From Octopus sinensis (lineage: Eukaryota): a stretch of 64,000 bases of DNA. Numbering within the stretch: position 1 is the first letter of the stretch; each line of letters begins with the position of its first letter. The translations under genes were made by a program, and so were the position numbers. Shown in pieces: positions 39,276-50,806 of this stretch. Under the pieces are notes generated by a model. It had not been told where the DNA came from. It saw only the letters and a list, made by a program, of their open reading frames with translations, and did not search any database. Location: assembly GCF_006345805.1 (NCBI RefSeq), contig NC_043005.1, positions 94,116,001 through 94,180,000 on the forward strand, in the 5' to 3' direction.

Positions 39276-39537
39276 TTTCGGAATGGTCATTTTGCTAGTT
39301 TAGCCAATAAAAACACACGCACTATATATTTGGTGTTATTTGCTTCAGTGTTTTTTATTTTTTACATTAATCTTAATCTTATTTCGGCCAGAGTTCTTTC
39401 GTCACACTCCTGTGACCGCATCAGTGGTCCTTTGTTTTCTTCTCACTTATTTCTCACTGAAGCAAAATAACACCAAATATATAGTGCGTGTGTTTTTATT
39501 GGCTAAACTGGCAAAATGATCATTCCGAAATATAACA
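39271..39537. repeat. ~80-bp inverted repeats flanking a ~105-bp spacer
   Basis: atttcggaatggtcattttgctagtttagcc...cttcagtg / cactgaagc...ggctaaactggcaaaatgatcattccgaaat. Confidence 0.9.
39386..39430 (-). ncRNA. Hammerhead-like motif with a variant core
   Basis: ggacca-CUGAUGCG-gucaca(ggag)ugugac-GAA-agaacu-c-uggcc. Confidence 0.4.
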
Positions 39538-39594
39538 ATATCTGTTTCAACACACGACTTCACATAAAAAATCTTGCACAACAAATATTTAAAC

Positions 39595-39660
<66 letters not shown>

Positions 39661-39667
<7 letters not shown>

Positions 39668-42600
39668 CCTTAAAATCCTTAAAAATGTTTTAGCCCGAAG
39701 GCCGCGGCCATGCTGGGGCACCACCGCTGAATGAGCTACACTAACTTGTGAATCCACCTCTGTTATGTGGCACTTGATCAACGAAGGAGTTCGATGCTGC
39801 TGCCCGCATCCGCGTCTCCTGTCGTGAGGTAGGCTCATCTGGGACTCCCGACAAGAAGAGACCCAGTTTAGTTTTAAAGAAACCCACATCCACACCATGT
39901 AAGTCTCTCAGGCATTTAGGGAGGATGTTAAAGAGCTGTGGTCCTCTGAAACCCAAGCTGTTGCAGTATCTGGACCTGTATTTTGATGGTGATGTTGGAA
40001 TCCTTGGCACCATGCAGTGGCGCCCCGTTCTGCGGTTGGAGTAACTTTGAATGCCAAAGTTTGGGACAAGACCCTCCAGGATTTTCCAGATGTATATCAC
40101 TGCATATCTCTCCCGCCTCCGCTCTAGGGAGAAGAGGTTTAATACCTTCAGTCTTTCCCAGTAGCTGATATTTTGCATTGAGACGATTTTCTTTGTGTAG
40201 CTTCTCTGAATTGCTTCGAGTTCTGTTGTTAGTTTTATATTGTGTGGTGACCAAAGTTGGGAGCAGTAGTTCAAGCGGCTGAGGACGAATGTTTTCCATA
40301 GGACCATCAGTGTCTCCTTCTCTCTTGTTCTGAAAGTTCGGAGAATCCATCCAGCTAGCCGTCTGCATTTTATCACCAGATTAGCAATATGCATTTGGAA
40401 AGATGCATCATTGCTCATGTCAATGCCCAGGTCACGCACTGATTTTGACTCAGGGATTGCAATTCTTCCTGGGCCAGTGTATCCAGTCTTCACGTCATTT
40501 ACCTTTGTGTGCCAGTAGCGCAGGGCCTGGAACTTACCTGCATTAAACTGCATGTTGTTGTCCTCAGCCCACCTGTATATTGTGTCCAGCTCATGTTGCA
40601 GATGCGCAATATTTTCAGGGTTTTGTATTGCCTGGGAGACTTTTGTGTCATCTGCATAGCTAGCAAGGGTGGTCATCGTAGCAACTGAAGGCATGTCTGA
40701 AAGGGCCACTATGAACATCAGTGGCCCCAAGACAGTGCCCTGAGGGACACCGCTTGTTATTTGCGTTTCCTTGGAGGTGGCTCCATTGCTCACAACTGCC
40801 TGTTTTCTGTCTTTTAGGAAGTTGTGCAGCCACTCTCCAAGTTTCCCGCTTATGCCGAGACCACGCAGTTTGTGACAGATCACACATGGTCGACTTTATC
40901 AAAGGCTTTTGCAAAGTCGAGACCATTCCGAAATATAACACATCCACATTTGAGCCATTTAGTAGCTGTTTCAACACCCAGTCATAGTGTTGCAGGAGCT
41001 GTGTTAGGCAGCCTCTACCTGGTCGAAATCCATGCTGGGTGTCAGACAGCAAGTCATTTTCTTCAAGGAACATGATTAGTTTCTTACGGACTATTCGTTC
41101 CATGACTTTGCTGATGTGTGAGGTCAGAGAGATAGGCCTATAATTTTTAGCATCTGCTCTGCTACCTCCCTTATGGATAGGGCATATCACCCCCTCTTTC
41201 AATTTGACTGGGAGCTTACCACATGCAAGAAAGCTCTGAAAAAGAAGCTGTAGCAGTTTTGCAAGGGCTCGATTGCACGATTTGAGAAGGATCGCTGGGA
41301 ATCCATCAGGTCCAGCAGCTGAGTTTGTGTCAATCTCATCAATGGCTAGTGTGATATCATCATCTTCGATGTTGATGTACTCAATTTTTGTCTCTTTGGC
41401 CGCAAGTAAAGTGGCAAAGAATTCTTCTGGGTTGTTTACTTGCCTGTGTCCTAGAGGTGTAGTGAACACACTTTGGAACTGTTCGTTCAGTATTTCACTT
41501 ATCCTCGTGGGATTTCCTGTGAGAGAGCCATCTTTTTGGAAGAGAGGTCCTATTCTCTGGTGCACTGTGGCTGTCTCTTTGGCAAACTTAAAGAAAGCTT
41601 TAGGGTTTGATTTTATATTTTCTATTACCCAAGCTTCTTTATCTGCTCTCTCCTTTTCATGGGACTGATGTAGACTTTTCTCAGTTTCCATTAGCATTCT
41701 TTCGAGCCGAGACTTCTCACCACTTTTGGTGTGCTTGCTCAGGCGGTTTGCAATCCTTGTCCGTCGTCTCATAAGAATCCTCCTTTCTCTAGGGATCCTG
41801 TTTTTGTTCTTGTGTGTGTGCTGGCCCTGCACACTGGGACATATTTGTCACATATGGCTTGTATTATGGACATGAAGTGTTTGTGTTTCATGTTTATGTC
41901 CGGTGTGGAGAGACATCCAGGCCAATCCTGTTTGAGGATCTCTTTCTCAATCAACTTCCAGTTGGCTTTATGAAAGTTTAAGTTGGAGAGATGGTGGGTG
42001 CTTCGTATAGGCTGTGTGTCTACGGGGGCTTTTGTTCCATACATAGACAGCTCTACTATGTTGTGATCCGAGATCATTGTCGGCATCACATTAACATTAT
42101 GGATAATATCCATATTGTTTGTGAAGCAGAGATCCAGTATATTATCTGCCTTGTTGGTTGCAGAACTATTTGCTCCATGAAAGAGGCATTTGTGAGATGG
42201 AGCAGGGACTCCACCTGTGCCTGCTGATGGTGTGTCATCCCTGGGAGCATCTGCCCCCCAGGCCATTCCACATTGGGGAGGTTAAAGTCACCCATGAAGA
42301 ATACACTGTTGTGCTGTTCAAGGTTGGTGAGGACTTCTCCTATTTTTGTTAGGCAGTCTTCAAACATGCCTGAGTGTTTTGGGGCATCTGGTGGGCGATA
42401 TGTAGTGCATATGACGATATTCAGTTGTCTTATGTGTACAATTTGAGTTTCACATACTGAGTTTGAATATGACAGCAGGACCTGGGGCGTGAGGTCATCT
42501 CGGATGTACATTGCAACTCCACCATGGCTCCTCCCTTTTCTATCTGTGCGTATGACTGCATATTGCGGCATGTGTATTTCTGCATCACCTATATCGGGTT

Positions 42601-43620
42601 CAAGATGCGTTTCTGTGAGTGCCATGCATATAGCTTGATTGCATGTCACAAGGTCTCTCAGGAATGAAATGTTCTTTTTACAGTTTCCGCGCAGCAGCCC
42701 TCCTACATTCAGTAGAAATATTTTTGTGGTGTGTGTGTTGGTGTCTGTGGTGGCCATCCTGCATCTGTTGGAGGTGGCCTTATGTGGTGGTAGTTCCAGC
42801 TTTGTGCTTGTAGCCAGGTCAGCTGCTGAACAATTTTTTGTGCCATGCACAAAAAAAGATTGCTGTTCAGCTGCCGCCCTTCTCACATCTGGGTGAAGCT
42901 GGCCACCTGTTGGGTTTCCGCGCACCACATCTGCATACCGTCTTTCAGTAGTGGTCAGTCAGTGCACTTTTTTCCCTTCTTTTAACTTTTTCTTTTTGTT
43001 CTCCCTGAGGGAGGGACCTCTGTCTCGCGTCCGTGCGGTTTTGGTAGGGCCTCCGATGTGCAAAGCGACAGTGTGCACCTTCGACGCCGTACCAGCAGTC
43101 CCCCCTCAGGTAGAATTTGCAGATGTTTCTTTCTTTGCCCTTATAGTTCTTGCTGGGGTCCTTTTGTTTTCTCTGGACAGGGTTTCTTTTAGCTTTGATT
43201 TTGTCGCCTTTTACCTCCTGTTTCCCATCAATTTTAGGGTGCTTTTCTTTTCTTGCGGCCATCGCACCTCTTTGGTCTTCAGTTGTGGTGTTGGGAGCTG
43301 GACATGTGTCATTGTTTCCCTGTGTTCTAGGTTTCTCCGTTTGGTTCTGGATGTTTTCTTCATCCTTTTGGCCTTCCCTGGTGCCGTCACCTCCTAGGAT
43401 GATGTCCAGGGTGTCTACATGTTGCCTGATTAGAGCGTACGAACGGATAAATTCTCGCTTCTTTCGCTCTATCTGGGCGGTGGTTCTCGAAAAATTGTTG
43501 CTTTTCAGCGCCGCTGCAATAATATTGTTCGGCGAGTCGTCCTCAGCAATCTTCCAAGCGCGGACGAACAATTGCACCTCTCTCGCAGACCAGTTTCTTG
43601 CCATTTTCGTCTAGTGAAAT
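39661..43620 (-). mobile_element. Near full-length CR1-type LINE (ORF1 plus APE-RT ORF2, 3' tail with TTTTAAGGA repeats), frameshifted
   Basis: APE motifs LLNVGGL, LTETHL, GDFNLP, LDLCFTN; RT motifs NYRPISLTS, GVPQGTVLGP, YADDTK, VRDLGI; C-terminal LFSLERRRER; ORF1 at 42945-43604. Confidence 0.93.
42945..43604 (-). CDS. LINE ORF1 with a Myb/SANT(trihelix)-like N-terminus and a CCCH zinc finger
   Basis: NWSAREVQLFVRAWK...IIAAALKSNNFSRTTAQIERK and CKFYLRGDCWYGVEGAHCRFAH; domain calls by eye. Confidence 0.6.
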   Translation of the reverse strand: MARNWSAREVQLFVRAWKIAEDDSPNNIIAAALKSNNFSRTTAQIERKKREFIRSYALIRQHVDTLDIILGGDGTREGQKDEENIQNQTEKPRTQGNNDTCPAPNTTTEDQRGAMAARKEKHPKIDGKQEVKGDKIKAKRNPVQRKQKDPSKNYKGKERNICKFYLRGDCWYGVEGAHCRFAHRRPYQNRTDARQRSLPQGEQKEKVKRREKSALTDHY

Positions 43621-44050
43621 ATAGGAACAGAGAGAGAGATAGAGAAGGAAAGATAAGATGGAGAGGGAGAAGAGAAAGGAGAAAAGCCAGGGGGGATAGA
43701 GAGAGAGACGAGGGGATTGTCCTGAGAGAATAGAGAAAGAGAGAAAATAAAGAGGGGGCGCAACAGAGGTGCAAGAGAGTGTAGTAAAGGGACAGGGAGG
43801 GTGGTGTAGAGAAAGAAATAAGGGGACAGAAGGGGAAGAGGAAAAGGGGTTTGACCTGTGAAGGAGCGGAGAGGAAAGAGGCAGAGAGAGGGAGGGGGAG
43901 TAACAGAGAGAGAGAGAAAGAGGGCGGTATATAGATACAAGAGAGAATGAGTGAAGTTGAGGAACTGAGAGGGGGGTGAGATGTGAGAAAGTTGATCTGA
44001 GAGAGATAGAAATAGAAATGTAAGAAAGAGAAGGAGAGAGTGTGTGGTAA
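43620..44050. repeat. Polypurine (GA-rich) low-complexity tract directly upstream of the CR1 ORF1
   Basis: Directly visible; may be part of the element's 5' UTR. Confidence 0.8.
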
Positions 44051-44790
44051 ATACGGAGGACAAATTATAAAGATAGAATAGCGCGTATTTTTATATCTTT
44101 TTTTTAAATTATTATCTTCTGGTTGAAAGAACACTAATGATAATAAATAAATAATATCTTCCCTACCTTACCGGCTGAGAGAATACTTACGTGATTCCTT
44201 TTTATAAGAAAGGAAGATAGATAGATAAGATAGACCTTTTATATTCCTTAATCGTATTTTGTAAACAAAAGGAATTAGAGTTCCGATTTCGTACATGCAA
44301 ACAATTTAACGATACTTTCTATATTTTCCTAAGCGATTTGGTATTAAGCAGCAAATTTTTCAGAGGCTTTCAGAACACGCAGATATACGACATCAAAAAC
44401 GAAAATATCCTTCTCAAAAATACTGTGTCTTGTTGATTCACAGACAAAGAATAAAATTCACTTCGATTTCGGGAAGTAACACACGTGCTTTTTAACACGA
44501 GGTATGTTCTAGTTGCAAATACTATATCAAAAGCGAAAATATTCTTCTCAAATACAGTGACTTGTTGTACTCTCACTTATATTCGCTTTGCAGACAATTT
44601 CGCTTCTGATAACATCGATCTCTGGAAGGACTTCTTTAATCTTTAGGAGAGACACGTTAACACACACTTGTTAGTTCAGCGCCATCTTGTATACATACAT
44701 ATATATATATATATATATAAAACTTAGATAAAACTTAGATATGTTTCGACCAGAGATTGGTCCAGGCGATGTCTAACTTAATAGCACCAC

Positions 44791-44858
<68 letters not shown>

Positions 44859-44951
44859 TACATACATTCATATATATATATACATACATATATACATACA
44901 TTCATATATATATACATACATATATACAAACATACATATATACATACATAC

Positions 44952-44997
<46 letters not shown>

Positions 44998-44999
<2 letters not shown>

Positions 45000-45772
45000 G
45001 GAGGCTCAATGGCCCAGTGGTTAGGGCAGCGGACTCGCGGTCGGAGGATCACAGTTTCGATTCCCAGACCGGGTGTTGTGTGCGTTTATTGAGCGAAAAC
45101 ACCTAAAAGCTCCACGAGGCTCTGGCAGGGGGTGGTGGCAACCCCTGTTGTACTCTTTCGCCACAACTTTCTCTCACTCTCTCTTCCTGTTTCTTGAGTA
45201 ATGCTGCGATGGACTGGTGTCCCGTCCAGCTGGGGGGAAAATGGGCCCATGAACCTAGCTAGGCTTGTAAAGGCCGGCGTTTATCATTTTATATATAAAC
45301 ATACATTAGAAACATACATAGATATATACATACATATATATATATACATACACGCACACATATCTACACACACACACACACACAACACACACACACACAC
45401 ACACACACATGTGGAGGCTCAATGGCCCAGTGGTTAGGGCAGCGGACTCGCGGTCGGAGGATCACAGTTTCGATTCCCAGACCGGGTGTTGTGTGCGTTT
45501 ATTGAGCGAAAACACCTAAAAGCTCCACGAGGCTCTGGCAGGGGGTGGTGGCAACCCCTGTTGTACTCTTTCGCCACAACTTTCTCTCACTCTCTCTTCC
45601 TGTTTCTTGAGTAATGCTGCGATGGACTGGTGTCCCGTCCAGCTGGGGGGAAAATGGGCCCATGAACCTAGCTAGGCTTGTAAAGGCCGGCGTTTATCAT
45701 TTTATATATAAACATACATTAGAAACATACATAGATATATACATACATATATATATATACATACACGCACAC

Positions 45773-45808
<36 letters not shown>
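44998..45808 (+). mobile_element. Two tandem, essentially identical 413-bp units, each a tRNA-derived SINE (44998-45290, 45411-45703) plus flank
   Basis: A box tggcccagtgg, B box gtttcgattcc; central ctgcgatggactggtgtcccgtccag block resembling the Meta-SINE domain (from memory). Confidence 0.85.
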
Positions 45809-45811
<3 letters not shown>

Positions 45812-46200
45812 TATATGTATATACATGGTGGCTGGCCCCTCGTTATCGAGTATGGCCATTGCACGAAGCTTAATCAATGTTTTTATGGTGCAATGCCTGT
45901 GCAAGAAAATTTTTTTAAAGTGAGAAAAGGCTGTGCATTGAGTCAATCCCACTCACTAAGCACCAGCAGCCATAATCCGAAAAGAAGAACAAGTCAACAT
46001 CATCGGTAACCACTGAGCCGCAGATTTATGTCGAAGTTATCCCAGTTACCTGAGTTACTTTCTCCTAGAAGGATGTCTTAACAAATGCTAGGAGTCCTTC
46101 ACTCCCAATGGTTTAATCACGCGATCGGGTATTCAGTTGCGGCCAAAATGTTCAGAATGGCATTGTTTTCGTCAGAAAAGTAGATTTTTTATATTCTATA

Positions 46201-47654
46201 ATTTTCACAGACAATAAATACGATGTTATTTGTTATTGTCTGAGATTTTGGTCTAATTTGAGAGGATAATACAAAAGTCATGGATGATTTAGTGATTTAC
46301 TGCAAAACCCATGGTGGCCAAAATGATCTGAACGGTTGCTTTTACTCCGTGTTGTAGTATATTTAACCGGTAAACTCTAATATTTTGAATTTGTTTACGT
46401 GACGGTTCGTTTACTAAACATTAGTAAGAATATCTGCAGTGTACTTTGTTAATATAATGCCACTTACTCCTTTACCAATTCGTCAGCAGATTATTAAGCT
46501 TCGAAAGAAGGATAATTTAAGTATTAGGTCTATTGCAAAGATTGTTAACAAGTCAAAAAGTGTTGTTCACGGTATTCTTAAGGTCTACGATGATTGTGGT
46601 TCGTGTGAAGCAAGAAAGTTTACAGGTAGGCCAAGAAAAACGACCAAGAGAGAAGCAAGAAAGTTTACAGGTAGGCCAAGAAAAACGACCAAGAGAGAAG
46701 ATCGTGCTATGATAAAGTTGGTTAAAAAGGACAGATTTAAAACTGCTGCTGCTGTTTCTCGGAAAATGAGCATTGTATTGAAGAAAACTTTATCTCGAAA
46801 AACTGTGTCTCGTCGTTTAGTTGAACATGACCTACAAGCAAAAGCACCTGCAGTGAAGCCACTGATCAGCTCCAAGAATAAAAAGTGTCGTCTTACCTTT
46901 GCAACCGAACACATGTTGTGGTCTCAAGAAAAATGGCAAACGGTGCATTTCAGTGATGAATCTAAGTTTATGTTATTTGACTCACAGATGGGAAAAGGTA
47001 TATTTGTCGAAAAGTAGGCGAAAAATTGTCGCCTAAATGCCTTAAGACTAGTGTTAAATTCGGTGGAGGAAGTGTCATGGTTTGGGGGATGATATCTGGA
47101 GATGTTGTGGGCCCTTTGGTGTGATTACATGGAAAGGTAAATGCAGGAGTTTATATACAAATTGTAAAAGATCATGTCTTGCCTGTGCTGAGAAATTCAA
47201 CTAAGCGACCACCCATATTCATCCAGGACAATGCCCCATGTGACAAGGCTAAGGTGGTCATGAACTTCCTCAAGGCTGAAAAGGTTATAGTTATGGATTG
47301 GCCTGCTCAAAGCCCAGATCTCAATCCTATTGAAAATGTGTGGAATATTCTAGGAGAACATTCAAAAGTCAGAAATCCTAAAACAACAGAGCAATTATGG
47401 AATGCCTTCCTCATGCAGTCGAAGATGTCAAAGGGTGATTGAAGCTAAAGGGCTTCACACTAAATATTAAATAATTCCAGTATTCTCTGTTATTTTTTAT
47501 TATTTTGTTATTTTTTCAAACGTTCTGATCATTTTGGCCACCATGGGTTTTGCAGTAAATCACTAAATCATACATACCTTTTGTATTATCCTCTCAAATT
47601 AGACCAAAATCTCAGACAATAACAATTAATATTGTATTTATTGTCTGTGAAAAT
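46201..47654 (+). mobile_element. Tc1-family transposon (DD34E) with ~134-bp TIRs, disrupted transposase
   Basis: TIRs 46201-46334 and 47521-47654; HTH-GRPR, HFSDESKF, QDNAP-34 aa-E (WPAQSPDLNPIE). Confidence 0.93.
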
Positions 47655-50600
47655 CTATATATATAAAACTCAACTTGTGTGTCTGTGTGTGTATCTGTGT
47701 GTGTGTCTGTGTGTTTAACTTCCCGGCACATCTCCTCCTAGCCAACAAACCGTAGAACCACCAAAAATGGGTCACTTAAAGTTTAGGCGAATGAAAATTG
47801 AACTGCGCTATTTCTGTTCCGAAATTCATCTCGCAAGTGCAAAAATCGATAATGTGTTTGTTTAGGCCTTATCCCATGCATTAAATAGTGAACTTTACTC
47901 AGTCAGCTGTTTGACGTGAACTGTGTTCACCATGCGTAAATTGCATGAAAAATAAAACATCAAGATATAAAAACGAATTGCCGTAAACATTGTAGAAATT
48001 CGGCAAAGAAATGAATTTTCCGGATGTAGCCTGGAGGGTTTTTTCGTATTAATCGTTTGGACTTTGTGAACACATAGCAATTGTTTTCATAACATTGTTA
48101 ATGCTTTGAATTAAATGTGACCATTTTGCATTGAGTCTGCAGTTTGATTCACTTTAACCAAATTTTAGCAGGCCGGATTTTTTATCATCACGATACATCG
48201 CCAGCGACTCCCTGAAACTCTTCCCTGAAATCCCCGTTGAGAAATACTGATCTAAAAGAATAATTCAACAATGCAATTATTTGATGAACAAAAATTTATG
48301 AAACGCTTCTACGTACTTCGTATTGAGGAAATGGAACACATAAGCGCAAAATTAGAGGGCATTAAATGCTTGATTTTTAAACCAAAATAATTGAATTTTG
48401 ATTGAACTTCATCCAAGTTTAGCTTAATTCGCAATTGCATAGAATGCACGAGCGCACGTACGTACATTGTGTAAGAAAGTATTGATTTTGCACACGCAGA
48501 TTAATCGATTTTCCTCATTTGCACTGCTTTGCTTTCGAATGACGCAGCGTGTTACAAGTTCAGCGAGATCAGTTACTTACGAGTTGTAACAATTTTTGCT
48601 TCCATTTTATTTTACAAAAATGTAATTTTAAATGACTAAACAATCGACTATTTTTTGTAAGTAAACTAAAACCCTTTTTCGGTCTTTTTTATGGAATAGT
48701 TCCATTCATATTCGTCGTTCTGCTTATCATACTAATGCCAAAAAAACGTCGACCGACGTTACATCTGACTCGTCATCAGCTCCAGAAAAGAAGAAAATTA
48801 AAACAGTCAATTTCTGGGAGCAAAGGGCAGTCTCGGACTGCAGAATGTTCGACGAACGCGGGAGCAGATTTTACAGATAGGGGTTGTTTAGACCAGTGGG
48901 GTAGTTTCTGTTCTGCCGATTCACGTCCTCATCAAGTTGAAAAGCTGGGCAATACTGCTAGTTATAGAATATAAAACAACTTTAATAAAAACTAATACCT
49001 ACTTTTCTGACGAAAACAATGCCGTTCTGAACATTTTGGCCACAACTGTATATACACACATATATATAGACATACACACATATATTCATACACACATATA
49101 TATACACACACATATATACATACACACATATATTCATACACATACACACATATATATATATACCCACATACATATATACACACACACATATATATATATA
49201 CACATATATATATATCTCTTATGATAAAAGGCAGATTTTCTCTGCCTGTTCCCATGTTTCTTTTTAATACAATTCTACAATATAGAATTTCTTCAATTGG
49301 AATTTACCTATGATTTTTCCAAGTAGATTCGATTGGGTCATGGCATATAAAGTTTTTTCAATTTGACCCCCAATTAAGCAAAAATTCGAGAATACTCAAT
49401 ATTTTACGATTTGCCTCTCTCATTTCAAGTGGTTTACTCCTGCTATTACCACCACACTTTCTCCTACTTTCTCTTTGCAAGTGTGAAACTATTAAAGTGA
49501 AAGTATTATATAATAGGGATGAACCATTAATACTGGTCATCCTTTTTGCTAGAGGAAGATCCGCTATGGTCTTATATGCTACACCACTGGTTTTCAATTC
49601 ATATTAATCAAATTAATATTCAATTTTTCACCCTTATTATCTGTGTGTGTGTGTGTGTGTATTAGCAATTTGTATAAAATTGCATCAATGACTTGAACTT
49701 GAATAAGTGGTTTCACATAAATGGGGATAAATTAAAAAGGTTTGTTGTTATTATTATTACTGTTTGACTATTGTAATCACGTTTGTTGGTTCCTCGCCAG
49801 GGAAACGTTGTTGTGTTGCATTTGTTAAATAATTGTAAACCGTAACCCTCCCCCTTTCGGAGAAGGGGCTTTCGTTATTGTTTAAAAATTGAATTGTGTC
49901 CTTGTTTGGGGAAATTGACAATATTTTCACCGTCTTTACGGAAGCATTTTTGTTAAAATGCCTTCGATAGAAGAAAGTCCAAAAATGAATTTCGCTGCAG
50001 CCGTACACTTCTATACAAGAGGGAGGACAAGATCCAATTGATCGAAATTGCAAGAGACGGGCCTACAATTCCAGTCTGTTATATATTTTGAGTATTGTTA
50101 TCACTAGCGATATCAAGATATAACTTTGTATTTTGTATTTTATGTGTAGATGTCTATATATAGATGTACATGTAATATGTACGCATATATATATACACAT
50201 ATATACATGCATAATATATCTACCCATACACACATACGCACACACACATACATAGGGGCAGTGAGTGCCAAACTACGTTCCAAACACATGGTCCTGGGTT
50301 CAGTCCCACTGTGTGGTGACTTGGCATGTGTCTTCTGCTGTAGCTTCAGACCAACAAAAGCCTTCTCAGTGGATTTTGTACATATATACAGGCATACATA
50401 CATATATATACATGCATACGTACATATTCGGCATAAACGCTCTACCACTACAACTAATAACTGTTGGGAACACTTTCAAACCTGCCTTACATTCGAACCG
50501 GAATCTCAAAAACATTGTCCCCTTCAGCACCAAGCTCAACTGCTCTATCCTGACATGGAGGGTATCAGCAATGAAATCTATAACAAAATACTCATTGACG

Positions 50601-50764
50601 TTGAAGACAGAATTGCTAAACTGGGTGGAAATGAATTGTCGACGCAGGAAACACAACAAAAAACACTCAAACACACACACACGTGTGTGTTTGTTACTGT
50701 TGTCAATTGTTGAAAGAAACAAATTGTAAGCTAAGAAGGTGTTTGTGTGTGTGTGTGTGTGTGC

Positions 50765-50806
<42 letters not shown>

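Noticed and set aside
44385-44570. Degenerate ~135-bp direct repeat (cgaaaatat.cttctcaaa)
   Set aside because: Two weak copies only; no assignable function
44742-44766. gacca(atctc)tggtc-GAAAC on the minus strand as a hammerhead
   Set aside because: No CUGANGA box and no helix III/UH site
44998-45075. tRNA gene (also SINE heads at 14950-15030 and 45411-45490)
   Set aside because: A and B boxes are present, but the sequence continues into a SINE body and I cannot build a full cloverleaf
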